64,000 nucleotides of DNA, taken from positions 155,476 through 219,475 of IMG/VR virus record IMGVR_UViG_3300042540_001822; one strand, 5' to 3'. This document shows, in pieces, positions 37,384 to 47,008 of the stretch. The notes under the pieces are model-generated. The model saw only the letters and a program-made list of their open reading frames with translations, was not told the origin of the DNA and made no database searches. The position numbers and the translations under genes were made by a program. The stretch's first letter is position 1. The number at the start of each line of letters is the position of its first letter.

Positions 37384-38334
37384 TTAAAACAAACCCAGCT
37401 CGTCAAATCCGGAAAACAGTTCGAAATCATCTTCATATCCTTTAGGAATCTTAATTGCAGATTGCATGTCCTTTGGCATGTGATTCCATGCAGTGGCCAA
37501 TAGATGAACTGTTTTCCCCGGATCACGTTGGAGTTCCTGGTTCCACCAGTCCGGTCCTAGCCATGGGAGGGTGAGAATCAATTTTTGGGCTGATGGTGTT
37601 CCTGTGTTCAGAACCTCGACCCATCCTTCCATGTTCCATTTGCCTGAATCTAATTGGAATTCGTCACACCGAAAACTCCTACCCACCGTCTGAGGTGCTC
37701 CTTCGAGGGAGGTCAGTTGGTTGCCGCCACAGTAGAATCCCCGGCCCAATTCCTGAGGTGCTCCGACCAGAGATTGGAGTTGGTTGACGTCACACCGAAA
37801 ATCCCCATTTACCGTCTGAGGTGCTCCTTCCAGGGATTGGAGTTGGTTGTCGATACACCAAAAATCCCCATCTACCGTCTGAGGTGCTCCTTCCAGGGAT
37901 TGGAGTTTGTTGTGGGAACACCGAAAATCCCCATTTACCGTCTGAGGTGCTCCTTCCAGGGATTGGAGTTGGTTGTCGATACACCAAAAATCCCCATCTA
38001 CCGTCTGAGGTGCTCCTTCCAGGGATTGGAGTTTGTTGTGGGAACAATCAAAAAACCCCCCCACCGTCTGGGGTGCTCCTGCCAGGGAGGTCAGCCGGTT
38101 GGAGCCACAGGAGAAATTCCCACTCACATGTCCGAACGAGATGCCCGGGAAAGACTCCAGTCTTTTGGCACTACAGTCAAAATCACCCTGAACGTCCACC
38201 AAACCTGTTGTTGGATTAACAGACCAGGTTCCAGTTGTGTATTTGTTTAAGAATTTCTCCTGCTTCTTGGTGAGACTTGAAGGAAGAAGAACCACTTTAG
38301 CTTCGAAAAGTACAAACGGTTGGATGTGTTTCAT
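37384..38334 (-). CDS. 21-aa leucine-rich-repeat-like (SLEGAP) protein, paralog 2
   Basis: About seven repeats; start at MKHIQPFVLFE. Confidence 0.8.
   Translation of the reverse strand: MKHIQPFVLFEAKVVLLPSSLTKKQEKFLNKYTTGTWSVNPTTGLVDVQGDFDCSAKRLESFPGISFGHVSGNFSCGSNRLTSLAGAPQTVGGFFDCSHNKLQSLEGAPQTVDGDFWCIDNQLQSLEGAPQTVNGDFRCSHNKLQSLEGAPQTVDGDFWCIDNQLQSLEGAPQTVNGDFRCDVNQLQSLVGAPQELGRGFYCGGNQLTSLEGAPQTVGRSFRCDEFQLDSGKWNMEGWVEVLNTGTPSAQKLILTLPWLGPDWWNQELQRDPGKTVHLLATAWNHMPKDMQSAIKIPKGYEDDFELFSGFDELGLF
37792..38046. repeat. Perfect 126-bp tandem duplication (63-bp basic unit) inside LRR gene
   Basis: ccgtctgaggtgctccttccagggattggagtt at 37812, 37875, 37938, 38001; 37792-37917 equals 37918-38043. 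Confidence 0.9.
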
Positions 38335-38339
38335 CCAAT

Positions 38340-38347
38340 TATATATC
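38340..38347 (-). promoter_or_regulatory. GATATATA late-promoter-like motif
   Basis: Immediately upstream of start 38334. Confidence 0.55.
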
Positions 38348-38612
38348 AAAATTTTTGAATTACAACATTCAATTTAGTTTTCCCTTTCAAAAGTCTATGC
38401 CATTTTCCGGCTGGGATGAAAAATTCTCCTATGGCTGGAACCGGTAAAACATCGTCTTCTTGGTACATCCAATCACTTTCACCCAAAAAAATCACGACCC
38501 TATCTTCGGTGTCTTGATGCCACTTTAGTTCCTCACTTTCGGTTGATGGATCAAAAGTCCTTTTGTATGTTCCTTCAGAAATTTTCTCTTCTGTAAACGG
38601 GAGTGATTTCAC
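38346..38612 (-). CDS. Small cupin-like protein
   Basis: LKWHQDTEDRVV, FIPAGKWHRLLKG. Confidence 0.6.
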   Translation of the reverse strand: MKSLPFTEEKISEGTYKRTFDPSTESEELKWHQDTEDRVVIFLGESDWMYQEDDVLPVPAIGEFFIPAGKWHRLLKGKTKLNVVIQKF

Positions 38613-39199
38613 CAGGGACTACTAGATTTAATTCCCAAAAGTTTTCGGTACCGTGCAACATTACAAGACCAATATCTAGGTTTCCATTTCGGCCCTGGAT
38701 TATCGCAATTATGCCTGGCTCTGAATGATTTCGATCTTTTAGGATCATCATTTCTTACCCTCATTCCGGGTTGGCCAAATCTAACCAAAACGACTTTTCC
38801 TGATTCATTCTTTGTATAGACCCCAAATTTTCTAGGACCTCCTGAAGTTCTGAAAGGTCGATTGAGATTTACCTTTCTTCCTTTATATTCTGCCTCGTAA
38901 AGGTCCTCCTCCAGAAAAGGAACGTCAAGCCAAACCTCTACTCCTTCGAAGAAATCTCTTCGGCCTAAATCTGACTGAAGAAAAAATAAATCATCTTCAC
39001 CGAAGTCTAACACATTATTTTCCCAAAGCTCTCTGGCTTCATTAATCATTTGAAACCACGATTCTGAACCAATTCTAAAAACACTTTCAGAAAGAGAAAG
39101 ATTGTTTTTCAAATGATAATCGAATTTTTCGAAATCGTATATGTTTCGGTTGTGGATTTCGTTGAATTCTCCCCACAATTCAAGGTTTAAGATTTGCAT
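38609..39199 (-). CDS. Conserved phage protein with basic C-terminal domain
   Basis: YKGRKVNLNRPFR..KFGVY..VRFG..KSFRARHNC..YWSC. Confidence 0.65.
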   Translation of the reverse strand: MQILNLELWGEFNEIHNRNIYDFEKFDYHLKNNLSLSESVFRIGSESWFQMINEARELWENNVLDFGEDDLFFLQSDLGRRDFFEGVEVWLDVPFLEEDLYEAEYKGRKVNLNRPFRTSGGPRKFGVYTKNESGKVVLVRFGQPGMRVRNDDPKRSKSFRARHNCDNPGPKWKPRYWSCNVARYRKLLGIKSSSPW

Positions 39200-39203
39200 A
39201 TTC

Positions 39204-39211
39204 TATATATC
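39204..39211 (-). promoter_or_regulatory. GATATATA late-promoter-like motif
   Basis: Immediately upstream of start 39199. Confidence 0.55.
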
Positions 39212-39238
39212 ATCCTTGTGCTAAAAACAATCCCTGTG

Positions 39239-39661
39239 TTAGAAGTTTTTTTTTCCTTCTGGATTGTAGTACATGAAACGATGTACCTTCGAATCATCTT
39301 CCCAAGTGTAATGAACCATGATACCGCCATCGCTTAAATATTTATTATTCCCTAAATTGTGGTGGGTTTCGATTATTCTTAATAACATAGCTCTTGCTAT
39401 ATCATCAGATTTAGTAAACTGCGAACACATTTCATTTTTGAGAGACCCGTATCTAAAAAAATACATGGCCATCAAATCAAAATCTGGGTGAATCGTATAA
39501 AGAGTCCAAAACTCTTCAAGATTTTGTCTTTTCCATTCAGTAGTTCCAAACTCCAGTCGATTTCTTTCTTTTATTTCTGTTGGAGTAAATGAAACCATTG
39601 GTTTTTGAGCAAATAAAGTTGAGCTAAATAGCACACTTAAAAGAATAATTAGTTTTCTCAT
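39239..39661 (-). CDS. Exported protein with signal peptide
   Basis: MRKLIILLSVLFSSTLFA-Q Sec-type signal. Confidence 0.65.
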   Translation of the reverse strand: MRKLIILLSVLFSSTLFAQKPMVSFTPTEIKERNRLEFGTTEWKRQNLEEFWTLYTIHPDFDLMAMYFFRYGSLKNEMCSQFTKSDDIARAMLLRIIETHHNLGNNKYLSDGGIMVHYTWEDDSKVHRFMYYNPEGKKNF

Positions 39662-39668
39662 CGTTTTT

Positions 39669-40067
39669 TTATAATTTTATTTTTTCTGTGATGCGGGTTT
39701 TCGCCCTTTCTGAAATTGGTATAGGATTTCCTTCTTCATCTATTCTAACAAATTTAATGTTTGTTCGAAGAATAACTTTCTGCTCTCCTGTGTAAACATT
39801 GTGTGCTCTTGCCTCCATGTAAATTGTAACTGATGTTGTACCAATCTCAGCTGGGTTTCCATAAATTTTCAGAAGCTGCCCTTCCTTGGCTGGTCTCTCA
39901 AAGAAACATTTGTCGATGGAGACTGTTACCATTCTAGGAGTGTCGCAAAGCTGCATGGCATATCCAGCAGCAGCCGCATCTATCCACTTCAAAAGCTGAC
40001 CTCCGAACAAATTTCCATGAAAGCCCAGGTCTGACTTTTTAACAGGATACATAGAAAGAACTTCCAT
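39669..40067 (-). CDS. Acyl-CoA thioesterase (HotDog, YciA-like)
   Basis: HGNLFGGQLLKWIDAAA, VTVSID..F..P, IGTTSV, FVRIDEEGNP. Confidence 0.9.
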   Translation of the reverse strand: MEVLSMYPVKKSDLGFHGNLFGGQLLKWIDAAAAGYAMQLCDTPRMVTVSIDKCFFERPAKEGQLLKIYGNPAEIGTTSVTIYMEARAHNVYTGEQKVILRTNIKFVRIDEEGNPIPISERAKTRITEKIKL

Positions 40068-40074
40068 TTTTCAG

Positions 40075-41313
40075 TTATTTAACAGGATCTGGCTGATTTT
40101 GTGATTTCAATTTCATAGTCGCAGCCTTTTTAAAGTTTTCCAAATTCCGGTAGATTCTTTCTTTTTCTCCTGGATTGAGCAATTCAAAAAAAGGCATTTC
40201 TGTAACTTTCTTCATTTTTTCGTAGGACATCTCTGGATTTCCCGTGTGGTAAGCAGCCAAAGAAAATTCGTCCAACAATCTCCATTGCCAAATTTCGGGT
40301 TCTACAAATAAGATGTCTCCGGTTCCTGGATTTTTCATCGCCATCGTACCATAAGTAAAAGATAACACAAATCTATTTTGTTCTCTTAATTTTCTCATAC
40401 AGTGAAACACCGCTTCCAGCCTCTCTGGTCGGAATTCCCAAGCTTTAGAATAGGCCTGAATAACTTCGTCTGGATGTCTACCAAGTTTTTCTTTTAATCT
40501 CCCTATCATGTACAAAGAGTAATAAACCTCTTCTGGCCAGCCTCCAGCATTCACCCTCTTTTCATAGGCCTGTAAAGCCTTGAGATTTTGATTTGAATCA
40601 CGATAACTTTGGGCGAGATAAAACATGTACCTGGTATTGTTTGGGTCCTCCGCCAAGGCTTTCTCCAAAATTTCTGCGTCCTTCGAATACTTCTCTTCTA
40701 AAGATGAAGCCCTTTTTAACGGGGAGATGTTGGCGTTCACCAAACATCTATCGTTAGGAATCTGTGCCTGATATAAAGGTTGCTTTCCTGGTAAATCTAA
40801 ATATTCATGAAGAACGCCTTTGTAAACCCAATTTTGGTCAGACTTCACAATTTGAGCTCTAAAGTATTGTAAAGAATTCAATTTATATTGAATCTGAAAG
40901 CAGTCTACGCCATCTGGCAAATCGGAGAAAGGATTTGTTCCAGGATTCAGATTTTCAAACAAATCATCGGCATCAATAATCCATCTATAATCACATTTTC
41001 CGTAGGATAATTCTAAACTTTCTGTACGATTGACTTCGAAGTTAACCCAAGGTCTTTCGTGTAGTTCACCCGGGATGTTTAATTCTTCCATGGTACTCCG
41101 GATCTCCTCAATGGTGTTGTCCTTTGAACCAGTATCACAGATTACCCAGTAGGAAATAAAAGGAGCAACCCTCTGTAAACATTTTCTAATTGTGTCCCCT
41201 TCATCTTTAACGATCATAACCAAACAGAATGTGAACTTTTGTTTGGGGGATAAACTTGTGGAAGGTGATGGAGATTTTTTGATCTGTGGTTTATTCTTTG
41301 TGGATTTAGACAT
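40075..41313 (-). CDS. Glycosyltransferase family 2 with TPR repeats
   Basis: LVMIVKDE, ICDTGSKD, PWVNF, IIDADD, YKGVLHE; TPR RYMFYLAQSY. Confidence 0.85.
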   Translation of the reverse strand: MSKSTKNKPQIKKSPSPSTSLSPKQKFTFCLVMIVKDEGDTIRKCLQRVAPFISYWVICDTGSKDNTIEEIRSTMEELNIPGELHERPWVNFEVNRTESLELSYGKCDYRWIIDADDLFENLNPGTNPFSDLPDGVDCFQIQYKLNSLQYFRAQIVKSDQNWVYKGVLHEYLDLPGKQPLYQAQIPNDRCLVNANISPLKRASSLEEKYSKDAEILEKALAEDPNNTRYMFYLAQSYRDSNQNLKALQAYEKRVNAGGWPEEVYYSLYMIGRLKEKLGRHPDEVIQAYSKAWEFRPERLEAVFHCMRKLREQNRFVLSFTYGTMAMKNPGTGDILFVEPEIWQWRLLDEFSLAAYHTGNPEMSYEKMKKVTEMPFFELLNPGEKERIYRNLENFKKAATMKLKSQNQPDPVK

Positions 41314-41328
41314 AAAAAAACTTTCTTT

Positions 41329-41355
41329 TTATATCTAATTTTTAGAAAAAATTTC
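41329..41355 (-). promoter_or_regulatory. Putative class II promoter
   Basis: GAAATTTTTT-N11-ATATAA. Confidence 0.4.
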
Positions 41356-42034
41356 AGATTTTCTGAATTTCTAAAATTTTATCCAACGTGTAACCCAGCA
41401 AACTGGATTTTGTGAAGTTTGCCCGAATACGGATTGGGTTTGATTTTGATGCTGAAATCAATTCTAGATCTAACACAGCTGAACTAAATTCCGTTTCTAT
41501 ATCAGGGGTGAATTCAAAGGTTGATTTTTTCAAAGTCCTGCCATTCCAAATTAACAAACTTAAATTTTCCAATTTTGAATCCAAAATTTTCACAATTTGA
41601 TTTGGAGTCAGAATTTCCAATTTAATGCCAAGGTAACCTGTAGGACTTGGTGCATAAATGGAAAACAAAGAATATCCAACACCTTCTAAAAGTCCAGGAA
41701 TAGTGTCATTCTTGATCGTGAACAAAGGAAAAGATCCGGAGTGGACGTGCTGTTTGAATTTTATTCCATTTTCAACGAAGAATTCAATTAGATTTTTGGC
41801 CAAGGATGAATCAGAAAACTTCCGACGAAATTTGACATGTAAAGTTGGATTAGGTCCGGCTGCCAATTTTGAGGGCTTAAGCTCTACTCCGGTCTGGCAG
41901 AAGTAATTTTCGAGTTGTATTCCTATTTTACCAATCTGGCTATGATGAGACATTTCAACTTTATTTTTGAAATGAATTTCTTTTTCAAAGTTTTCTACAA
42001 ACCCCGTAAGTAAATCTACCGTGTATTTTGACAT
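41354..42034 (-). CDS. Hypothetical protein
   Basis: 226-aa ORF, no recognised motif. Confidence 0.55.
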   Translation of the reverse strand: MSKYTVDLLTGFVENFEKEIHFKNKVEMSHHSQIGKIGIQLENYFCQTGVELKPSKLAAGPNPTLHVKFRRKFSDSSLAKNLIEFFVENGIKFKQHVHSGSFPLFTIKNDTIPGLLEGVGYSLFSIYAPSPTGYLGIKLEILTPNQIVKILDSKLENLSLLIWNGRTLKKSTFEFTPDIETEFSSAVLDLELISASKSNPIRIRANFTKSSLLGYTLDKILEIQKI

Positions 42035-42067
42035 AAATTTGAAGTCACTTTGACCTGTAGGGTTTCT

Positions 42068-42730
42068 TTATTGTGTATTAGAATCAGTTTTGGGTTTATC
42101 CGATTTACTTTTCCGTAGGTCTAACTGGTTCACAATTTTTTTGTACAGTCTATCTATCCCCACTCCAGAATCAAACTTTTTAAGCTTTCTGCTTTTTTGG
42201 TACAGTTCGATAAGAGGAGCAGTTTTTTCGGTGTACGTTTGAAATCTTTTTTTAATCACTTCTGGATCTTTATCATCTTCTCTATTTTCTTTTTCTGCTC
42301 TAGATAAAATCCTTTCTGTAGCGGTCTTTTCATCCAAATCCAAATAGATCGTATGACTTAAACCCAATCCCATTTTTCCGAGCAAAGAGTCTAACATTCC
42401 AGCCTGCTTTACAGTTCTAGGAAAACCATCAAAAATAATACCCATTCCAGGATCCAATTTTTTAAGTTCTTTTCTGAGCATCGATACCATCGTTTTATCA
42501 TCGATGTATTCCCCCTTGGCAATCTTTGCTTTCAATTCTGGTTCCTTCGAATTACGAATCAGATCTCCTGTAGAAATGTGATTGTAACCCTCTTTATCAG
42601 CGAGTCTTTTTGAGAAGGTCCCCTTCCCAGATCCAGGAGGACCCATGATAACTAAGATCTTTCCCTGAAAATCAGGAAGTTCTCTTTCTTGAAGATGAAT
42701 GAATTCGTCAAATTTCTTAACTGTGCTCAT
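42068..42730 (-). CDS. adk: Adenylate kinase (short LID) with CTS-like N-terminal extension
   Basis: GPPGSGKGT, HISTGDLIR, FDGFPRT, REDD, RFQTY; start [10 protein letters not shown]. Confidence 0.92.
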   Translation of the reverse strand: MSTVKKFDEFIHLQERELPDFQGKILVIMGPPGSGKGTFSKRLADKEGYNHISTGDLIRNSKEPELKAKIAKGEYIDDKTMVSMLRKELKKLDPGMGIIFDGFPRTVKQAGMLDSLLGKMGLGLSHTIYLDLDEKTATERILSRAEKENREDDKDPEVIKKRFQTYTEKTAPLIELYQKSRKLKKFDSGVGIDRLYKKIVNQLDLRKSKSDKPKTDSNTQ

Positions 42731-42980
42731 ATTTGATAATTGTATTTTGGATTGGAAATTTAAAGATTGGGACTCTTTTACCGTCTTGAGTCTCTTGAAA
42801 AACCTCATAAGAATTGTAATGGGCCTGAGAAAGTTGAATGGTCATGATTTCCTTGTATATTCCTCTTATATGAGGATTTTCAGATTCGATTTGAAGGGTG
42901 TGTTTTTTGGTGTTAAAGATTAAAATATTTGTCATGGTTTTTTTGTTAGGATTGAAAATTAAGATCCACAGGCGATACAA
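42717..42980 (-). CDS. Hypothetical protein
   Basis: ORF between nrdA and adk; true start likely MTNILIF. Confidence 0.5.
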   Translation of the reverse strand: MYRLWILIFNPNKKTMTNILIFNTKKHTLQIESENPHIRGIYKEIMTIQLSQAHYNSYEVFQETQDGKRVPIFKFPIQNTIIKYEHS

Positions 42981-45424
42981 TCATCAGGATTATCCAAACT
43001 ACAACTTAAATCTTCTAAAGTTTGGTTGGCTAGAACTTGTAATTCTTCATTTGGGGTTTCCAAAGGTTTTTTGAAAACTTTGGGCTCTTCTTTTTTGGGT
43101 GTTACCTGATATCTAGAAACATCAATTCCTAATCCTGTCATGGCATCTACAGCCGACTTGGTACGTAAATAGTACATGCCGGTTTTCAAACCCAATTTCC
43201 AAGAATGGAAATGAGCGGCAGTTAGTTTGGCGGCGTTGACTCCTTCGATGAAAAGGTTGAGGGATTGGGATTGACAAATGAATCTACCTCTTTCTGCCGA
43301 CATCTCAATCAGATCTTTCTGCTTGATTTCCCAAACTGTTTTGTAAACCTCCTTGATGTCATCCGGAATGTTTGGAATGTTTTGAACGGATCCTTTGTGA
43401 ATGATAATCAAATTTTTAACATCTTCATTCCAAAGTCCTAGATTAATCAAATCTTTTACCAGATATTTATTGATTATGATAAATTCTCCGCTCAGGGTCC
43501 TTCTGGTATAAATGTTAGAGGTAAAGGGTTCAAAAGCTTCATTATTGCCCATGATTTGAGCTGTGCTCGCGGTTGGCATCGGTGCTAAAAGCAAAGAATT
43601 TCTGGCTCCATGTTTAATAACATCTTTTCTTAATTTGTCCCAATTCCATCTGCCAGAGAGTTCAGAGTCGGATACGTCCCAAAGGTTGAATTGGAATTTT
43701 CCTTGACTCAAGGGAGATCCTGGAAAACTTTCATAGTGTCCTTCTTTCTTAGCCAAATCGACAGAAGCTGTCATGGAGGCGAAATAAATTGTTTCAAAAA
43801 TTTCAGAGTTGATCTTTCTTGCTTCAGGAGAAGTAAAGGGTATTCCCATAATGGCAAAAAGGTCTGCTAGCCCTTGAATTCCGATACCGATTGGTCTGTG
43901 TCTAAAGTTGGAATTTTTAGTTTCTGGGGTTGGATAAAAATTGACATCAATTACTTTATTTAAATTCAGTGTAGTTTGATAGGCCACATTGTAAAGCATG
44001 TCATGATCCACATCACATTTTTTTCTTACAATTTTAGATGTTCTGGCATCTGTAGATTTTAGGAACTTATTCACCGCTATGGAAGCCAAATTGCAAACTG
44101 CAGTTTCGTCTTTACTGCTAAATTCTATAATTTCTGTACACAAATTAGAAGATTTGATTGTTCCTAAATTTTGTTGGTTTGATTTTCTATTGGCAGCATC
44201 TTTAAACAAAATGTAAGGGGTTCCGGTTTCAATTTGTGAATCCAAAATCTTGCCCCACAGATCCCGGGCCTTGATTGTTTTTCTGGCCTTCCCTGCCTGT
44301 TCTGCCTCCAAATAAGAAGCGTTGAATTCCTCACCAAATTTTTCATGAAGATTGGGAACTTCCGACGGGGAAAACAAAGACCAAGTAGAATCTTCATTAA
44401 CTCTCTCCATAAACAAATCTGGTATCCACAAAGCCAAAAACAAATCTCTGGCTCTTCTTTCTTCTTTGCCTGTGTTCTTTCTTAATTCCAAAAAATCTTC
44501 GACATCGGAATGCCAGGGTTCCAAGTAGATGGCAAAGCTTCCTTTTCTCTTTCCACCTCCTTGGTCCACATACCTAGCAGTTTCGTTATAAACCCTAAGC
44601 ATGGGAATGATCCCGTTTGATTTGCCATTTGTTCCTCTGATGTAAGAATCCGTTGCCCTAACATTATGAATCGCTAAACCAATTCCTCCGGCATGCTGAG
44701 AAATCAAGGCAACGTCAGAGAGAGTTTTATAAATTCCGGGAATGGAATCTTCTGACATGGTTAACAAAAAGCAGGAAGACAACTGGGGCTTCCTAGTTCC
44801 AGCATTGAAAAGGGTTGGGGTTGCATGAGTCATCATGTGATTGGAAAGCAACTCATATGTCTTGATCGTGTTCTTGATGTCATTACCCCAGATTCCTACC
44901 GCCACTCTCATGTACATGTGTTGAGGTGTTTCTGCCGGTTTATCAAGCATCTTAAGAAGATAACTTTTCTCAAGAGTTTTAAATCCAAAATATTCGAAGT
45001 TAAAATCTCTGTCATGAATGACAGCGGAATCTAGTGTGTCTTTGTGTTCCATCACCACACGATAGGTTTCTTCTGAAATTAGACCCGATTCCAATCCGGT
45101 CTCAGGGTCCACATATGAGAATAGATCCTGAATCGTTTCTGAGAATTTCTTCTTGGTTGTTTTGTGCAATCTAGAAACTGCTATTCTGGAAGCCAAAATG
45201 GAGTAATCTGGATGCCTGGGAATAAGTGAAGCTGCAGTTTCTGCAGCTAAATTGTCAAGCTCCCAGGTTGAAATTCCATCATAGATTCCTGCAATAACTT
45301 TTTGTGCTATTTCCATGGTATCAACGAATTCTGAGTTCAACCCATAGGTTACCTTTCGAATTCGATTTGAAATTTTATCGAATCTGACCGCTTCTCTTGA
45401 ACCGTCTCTTTTGTGTACAAACAT
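42959..45424 (-). CDS. nrdA: Class Ia ribonucleotide reductase alpha subunit with ATP cone
   Basis: VHKRDG ATP cone, [38 protein letters not shown]-terminal CIACGS; no intein. Confidence 0.97.
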   Translation of the reverse strand: MFVHKRDGSREAVRFDKISNRIRKVTYGLNSEFVDTMEIAQKVIAGIYDGISTWELDNLAAETAASLIPRHPDYSILASRIAVSRLHKTTKKKFSETIQDLFSYVDPETGLESGLISEETYRVVMEHKDTLDSAVIHDRDFNFEYFGFKTLEKSYLLKMLDKPAETPQHMYMRVAVGIWGNDIKNTIKTYELLSNHMMTHATPTLFNAGTRKPQLSSCFLLTMSEDSIPGIYKTLSDVALISQHAGGIGLAIHNVRATDSYIRGTNGKSNGIIPMLRVYNETARYVDQGGGKRKGSFAIYLEPWHSDVEDFLELRKNTGKEERRARDLFLALWIPDLFMERVNEDSTWSLFSPSEVPNLHEKFGEEFNASYLEAEQAGKARKTIKARDLWGKILDSQIETGTPYILFKDAANRKSNQQNLGTIKSSNLCTEIIEFSSKDETAVCNLASIAVNKFLKSTDARTSKIVRKKCDVDHDMLYNVAYQTTLNLNKVIDVNFYPTPETKNSNFRHRPIGIGIQGLADLFAIMGIPFTSPEARKINSEIFETIYFASMTASVDLAKKEGHYESFPGSPLSQGKFQFNLWDVSDSELSGRWNWDKLRKDVIKHGARNSLLLAPMPTASTAQIMGNNEAFEPFTSNIYTRRTLSGEFIIINKYLVKDLINLGLWNEDVKNLIIIHKGSVQNIPNIPDDIKEVYKTVWEIKQKDLIEMSAERGRFICQSQSLNLFIEGVNAAKLTAAHFHSWKLGLKTGMYYLRTKSAVDAMTGLGIDVSRYQVTPKKEEPKVFKKPLETPNEELQVLANQTLEDLSCSLDNPDDCIACGS

Positions 45425-45440
45425 TTTTTATGAATTTTTT

Positions 45441-46424
45441 TTAAAAATCTACATCTAAATCGAAAGCATCGGATGAACCATTTAGAACTCCCGCCTTCTG
45501 ATACTCTGCCACTCTTTTCTCAAAGAAGTTTGTTTTCCCCTGTAAAGAAATATTCGTCATAAAGTCGAATGGATTTTCGGATCCATACACTTTTGAACAT
45601 TCCAAAGAAACCAAAAGTCTATCTGCTACAAATTCCAAATATTGACTCATCAGATCAGAGTTCATGCCAATAAGTCTAACAGGCAAAGATTCCAAAATGA
45701 ATTCTTTCTCGATCTCCAAGGCACTGACAATAATTTCTTTGATTTTTTCTTCCGATACCTTGTTCGCCAGATATTTGTTATGAAGAAGAACTGCAAAATC
45801 GCAGTGCATTCCTTCGTCACGAGAAATGAGTTCGTTTGAAAATGAAAGGCCTGGCATTAGCCCTCTTTTCTTCAACCAGAAGATTGAACAGAAAGAACCA
45901 GAAAAGAAAATTCCCTCAACTGCTGCAAAGGCAATTAATCTTTCCTGAAAGTTAGGAGATGAAATCCATTTCAAAGCCCAATCTGCTTTTTTCTTCACAG
46001 CAGGAATAGTTTCAATGGCGTGAAATAAACGGTGTTTTTCCTGGGGATCAGAAATATAGGTATCAATCAACAAAGAATACGTTTCCGAGTGAATGTTTTC
46101 CATCATGATTTGAAACCCGTAGAAAAATTTTGCTTCAGTGTATTGAACTTCTCTGACAAAATTTTCTGCCAAATTTTCATTTACAATTCCATCCGATGCA
46201 GCAAAGAAAGCCAGAACGTGTTTGATGAAGTGTTTTTCATCTTCATTAAGCTTGTTTCTCCAGTGATCTAAATCGGAAGAAAGATCAATTTCCTCTGCGG
46301 TCCAAATGCATGCCATTTGATTTTTATACTGAGACCAAAGTTCGTCGTGTTGAATTGGGAAAATAACGAATCGATCTGGATTTTCTTGTAGGATCGGTTC
46401 TGGTAGCGAATATTCTTCCATCAT
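45441..46424 (-). CDS. nrdB: Class Ia ribonucleotide reductase beta subunit
   Basis: [48 protein letters not shown]; start MMEEY. Confidence 0.97.
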   Translation of the reverse strand: MMEEYSLPEPILQENPDRFVIFPIQHDELWSQYKNQMACIWTAEEIDLSSDLDHWRNKLNEDEKHFIKHVLAFFAASDGIVNENLAENFVREVQYTEAKFFYGFQIMMENIHSETYSLLIDTYISDPQEKHRLFHAIETIPAVKKKADWALKWISSPNFQERLIAFAAVEGIFFSGSFCSIFWLKKRGLMPGLSFSNELISRDEGMHCDFAVLLHNKYLANKVSEEKIKEIIVSALEIEKEFILESLPVRLIGMNSDLMSQYLEFVADRLLVSLECSKVYGSENPFDFMTNISLQGKTNFFEKRVAEYQKAGVLNGSSDAFDLDVDF

Positions 46425-46459
46425 AGGGTTTCTATTTATTTTTATGTTTTTAGTAAGAT

Positions 46460-46927
46460 TTAATAATTGTTTGCCTGCCTTCTGCGATTTTCCTCGTTTT
46501 TGGACATGTACATGTTGTACATTTCCTCTGCAGTCATACCGATCGAAACTGCATAATTCATGAAGAAATGAAGTATATCCACAATTTCGAATTTGCATTC
46601 TCTTTGGTCAGAATCGGACAAATCTGAAAATTTAATTTCGGAATAGGTGGCATATTTTTGCTTCCATTTTTTCCAAACTGCATTTCCGTGTCCGTCCTTG
46701 ATTCCGCCCAAAGCATCTGTGGCTTCGTGGATTTCATCAATTATGGAGTGGCTATTCATGTGCCAAAAATCCATTACATCTCTAAGTGTCATGTTTGAAA
46801 AGTCATAACCATAAACTGTAGCCTGTGTGGATGCCTGTAAATTTAAAATGTCTCCAAGTGTGTCTTTAGATTCTGCGTACAAATTTTTGATTTCTAGATT
46901 AGAACATTGATTGTCAGTGTTTGCCAT
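46460..46927 (-). CDS. T4 gp56-like dCTP/dUTP pyrophosphatase (all-alpha)
   Basis: [36 protein letters not shown] match recalled T4 gp56 segments AVWKKWK, KFELVDIFHF, KNKHNFERQDNGY. Confidence 0.85.
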   Translation of the reverse strand: MANTDNQCSNLEIKNLYAESKDTLGDILNLQASTQATVYGYDFSNMTLRDVMDFWHMNSHSIIDEIHEATDALGGIKDGHGNAVWKKWKQKYATYSEIKFSDLSDSDQRECKFEIVDILHFFMNYAVSIGMTAEEMYNMYMSKNEENRRRQANNY

Positions 46928-46961
46928 ATAATTTGTTTTTAGATTGCGGTTTGGTTTGACT

Positions 46962-46969
46962 TATATATC
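46962..46969 (-). promoter_or_regulatory. GATATATA late-promoter-like motif
   Basis: Upstream of start 46927. Confidence 0.5.
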
Positions 46970-47008
46970 ACCCCCTGGCAAAAAACCAGGAGGAGAAGTA
47001 TGTCCTTA

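Noticed and set aside
37812-38033. 33-bp repeats with ~30-bp intervening sequence, resembling a CRISPR array
   Set aside because: Period is exactly 63 bp, the intervening segments are homologous to each other, everything is in frame within the LRR protein, and no cas genes are present
37593-38250. Overlapping ORFs 37593+, 37654+, 37790-, 37821+
   Set aside because: Shadow frames kept open by the 63-bp repeat; no independent features
42959-45424. Intron, intein or homing endonuclease in nrdA, nrdB, polymerase or helicase
   Set aside because: Lengths are typical and motifs contiguous; no LAGLIDADG, HNH or GIY-YIG motifs noticed
46424-46598. Long N-terminal extension of NrdB in the track
   Set aside because: Overlaps the dCTPase gene; the recognisable NrdB starts at MMEEY (46424)
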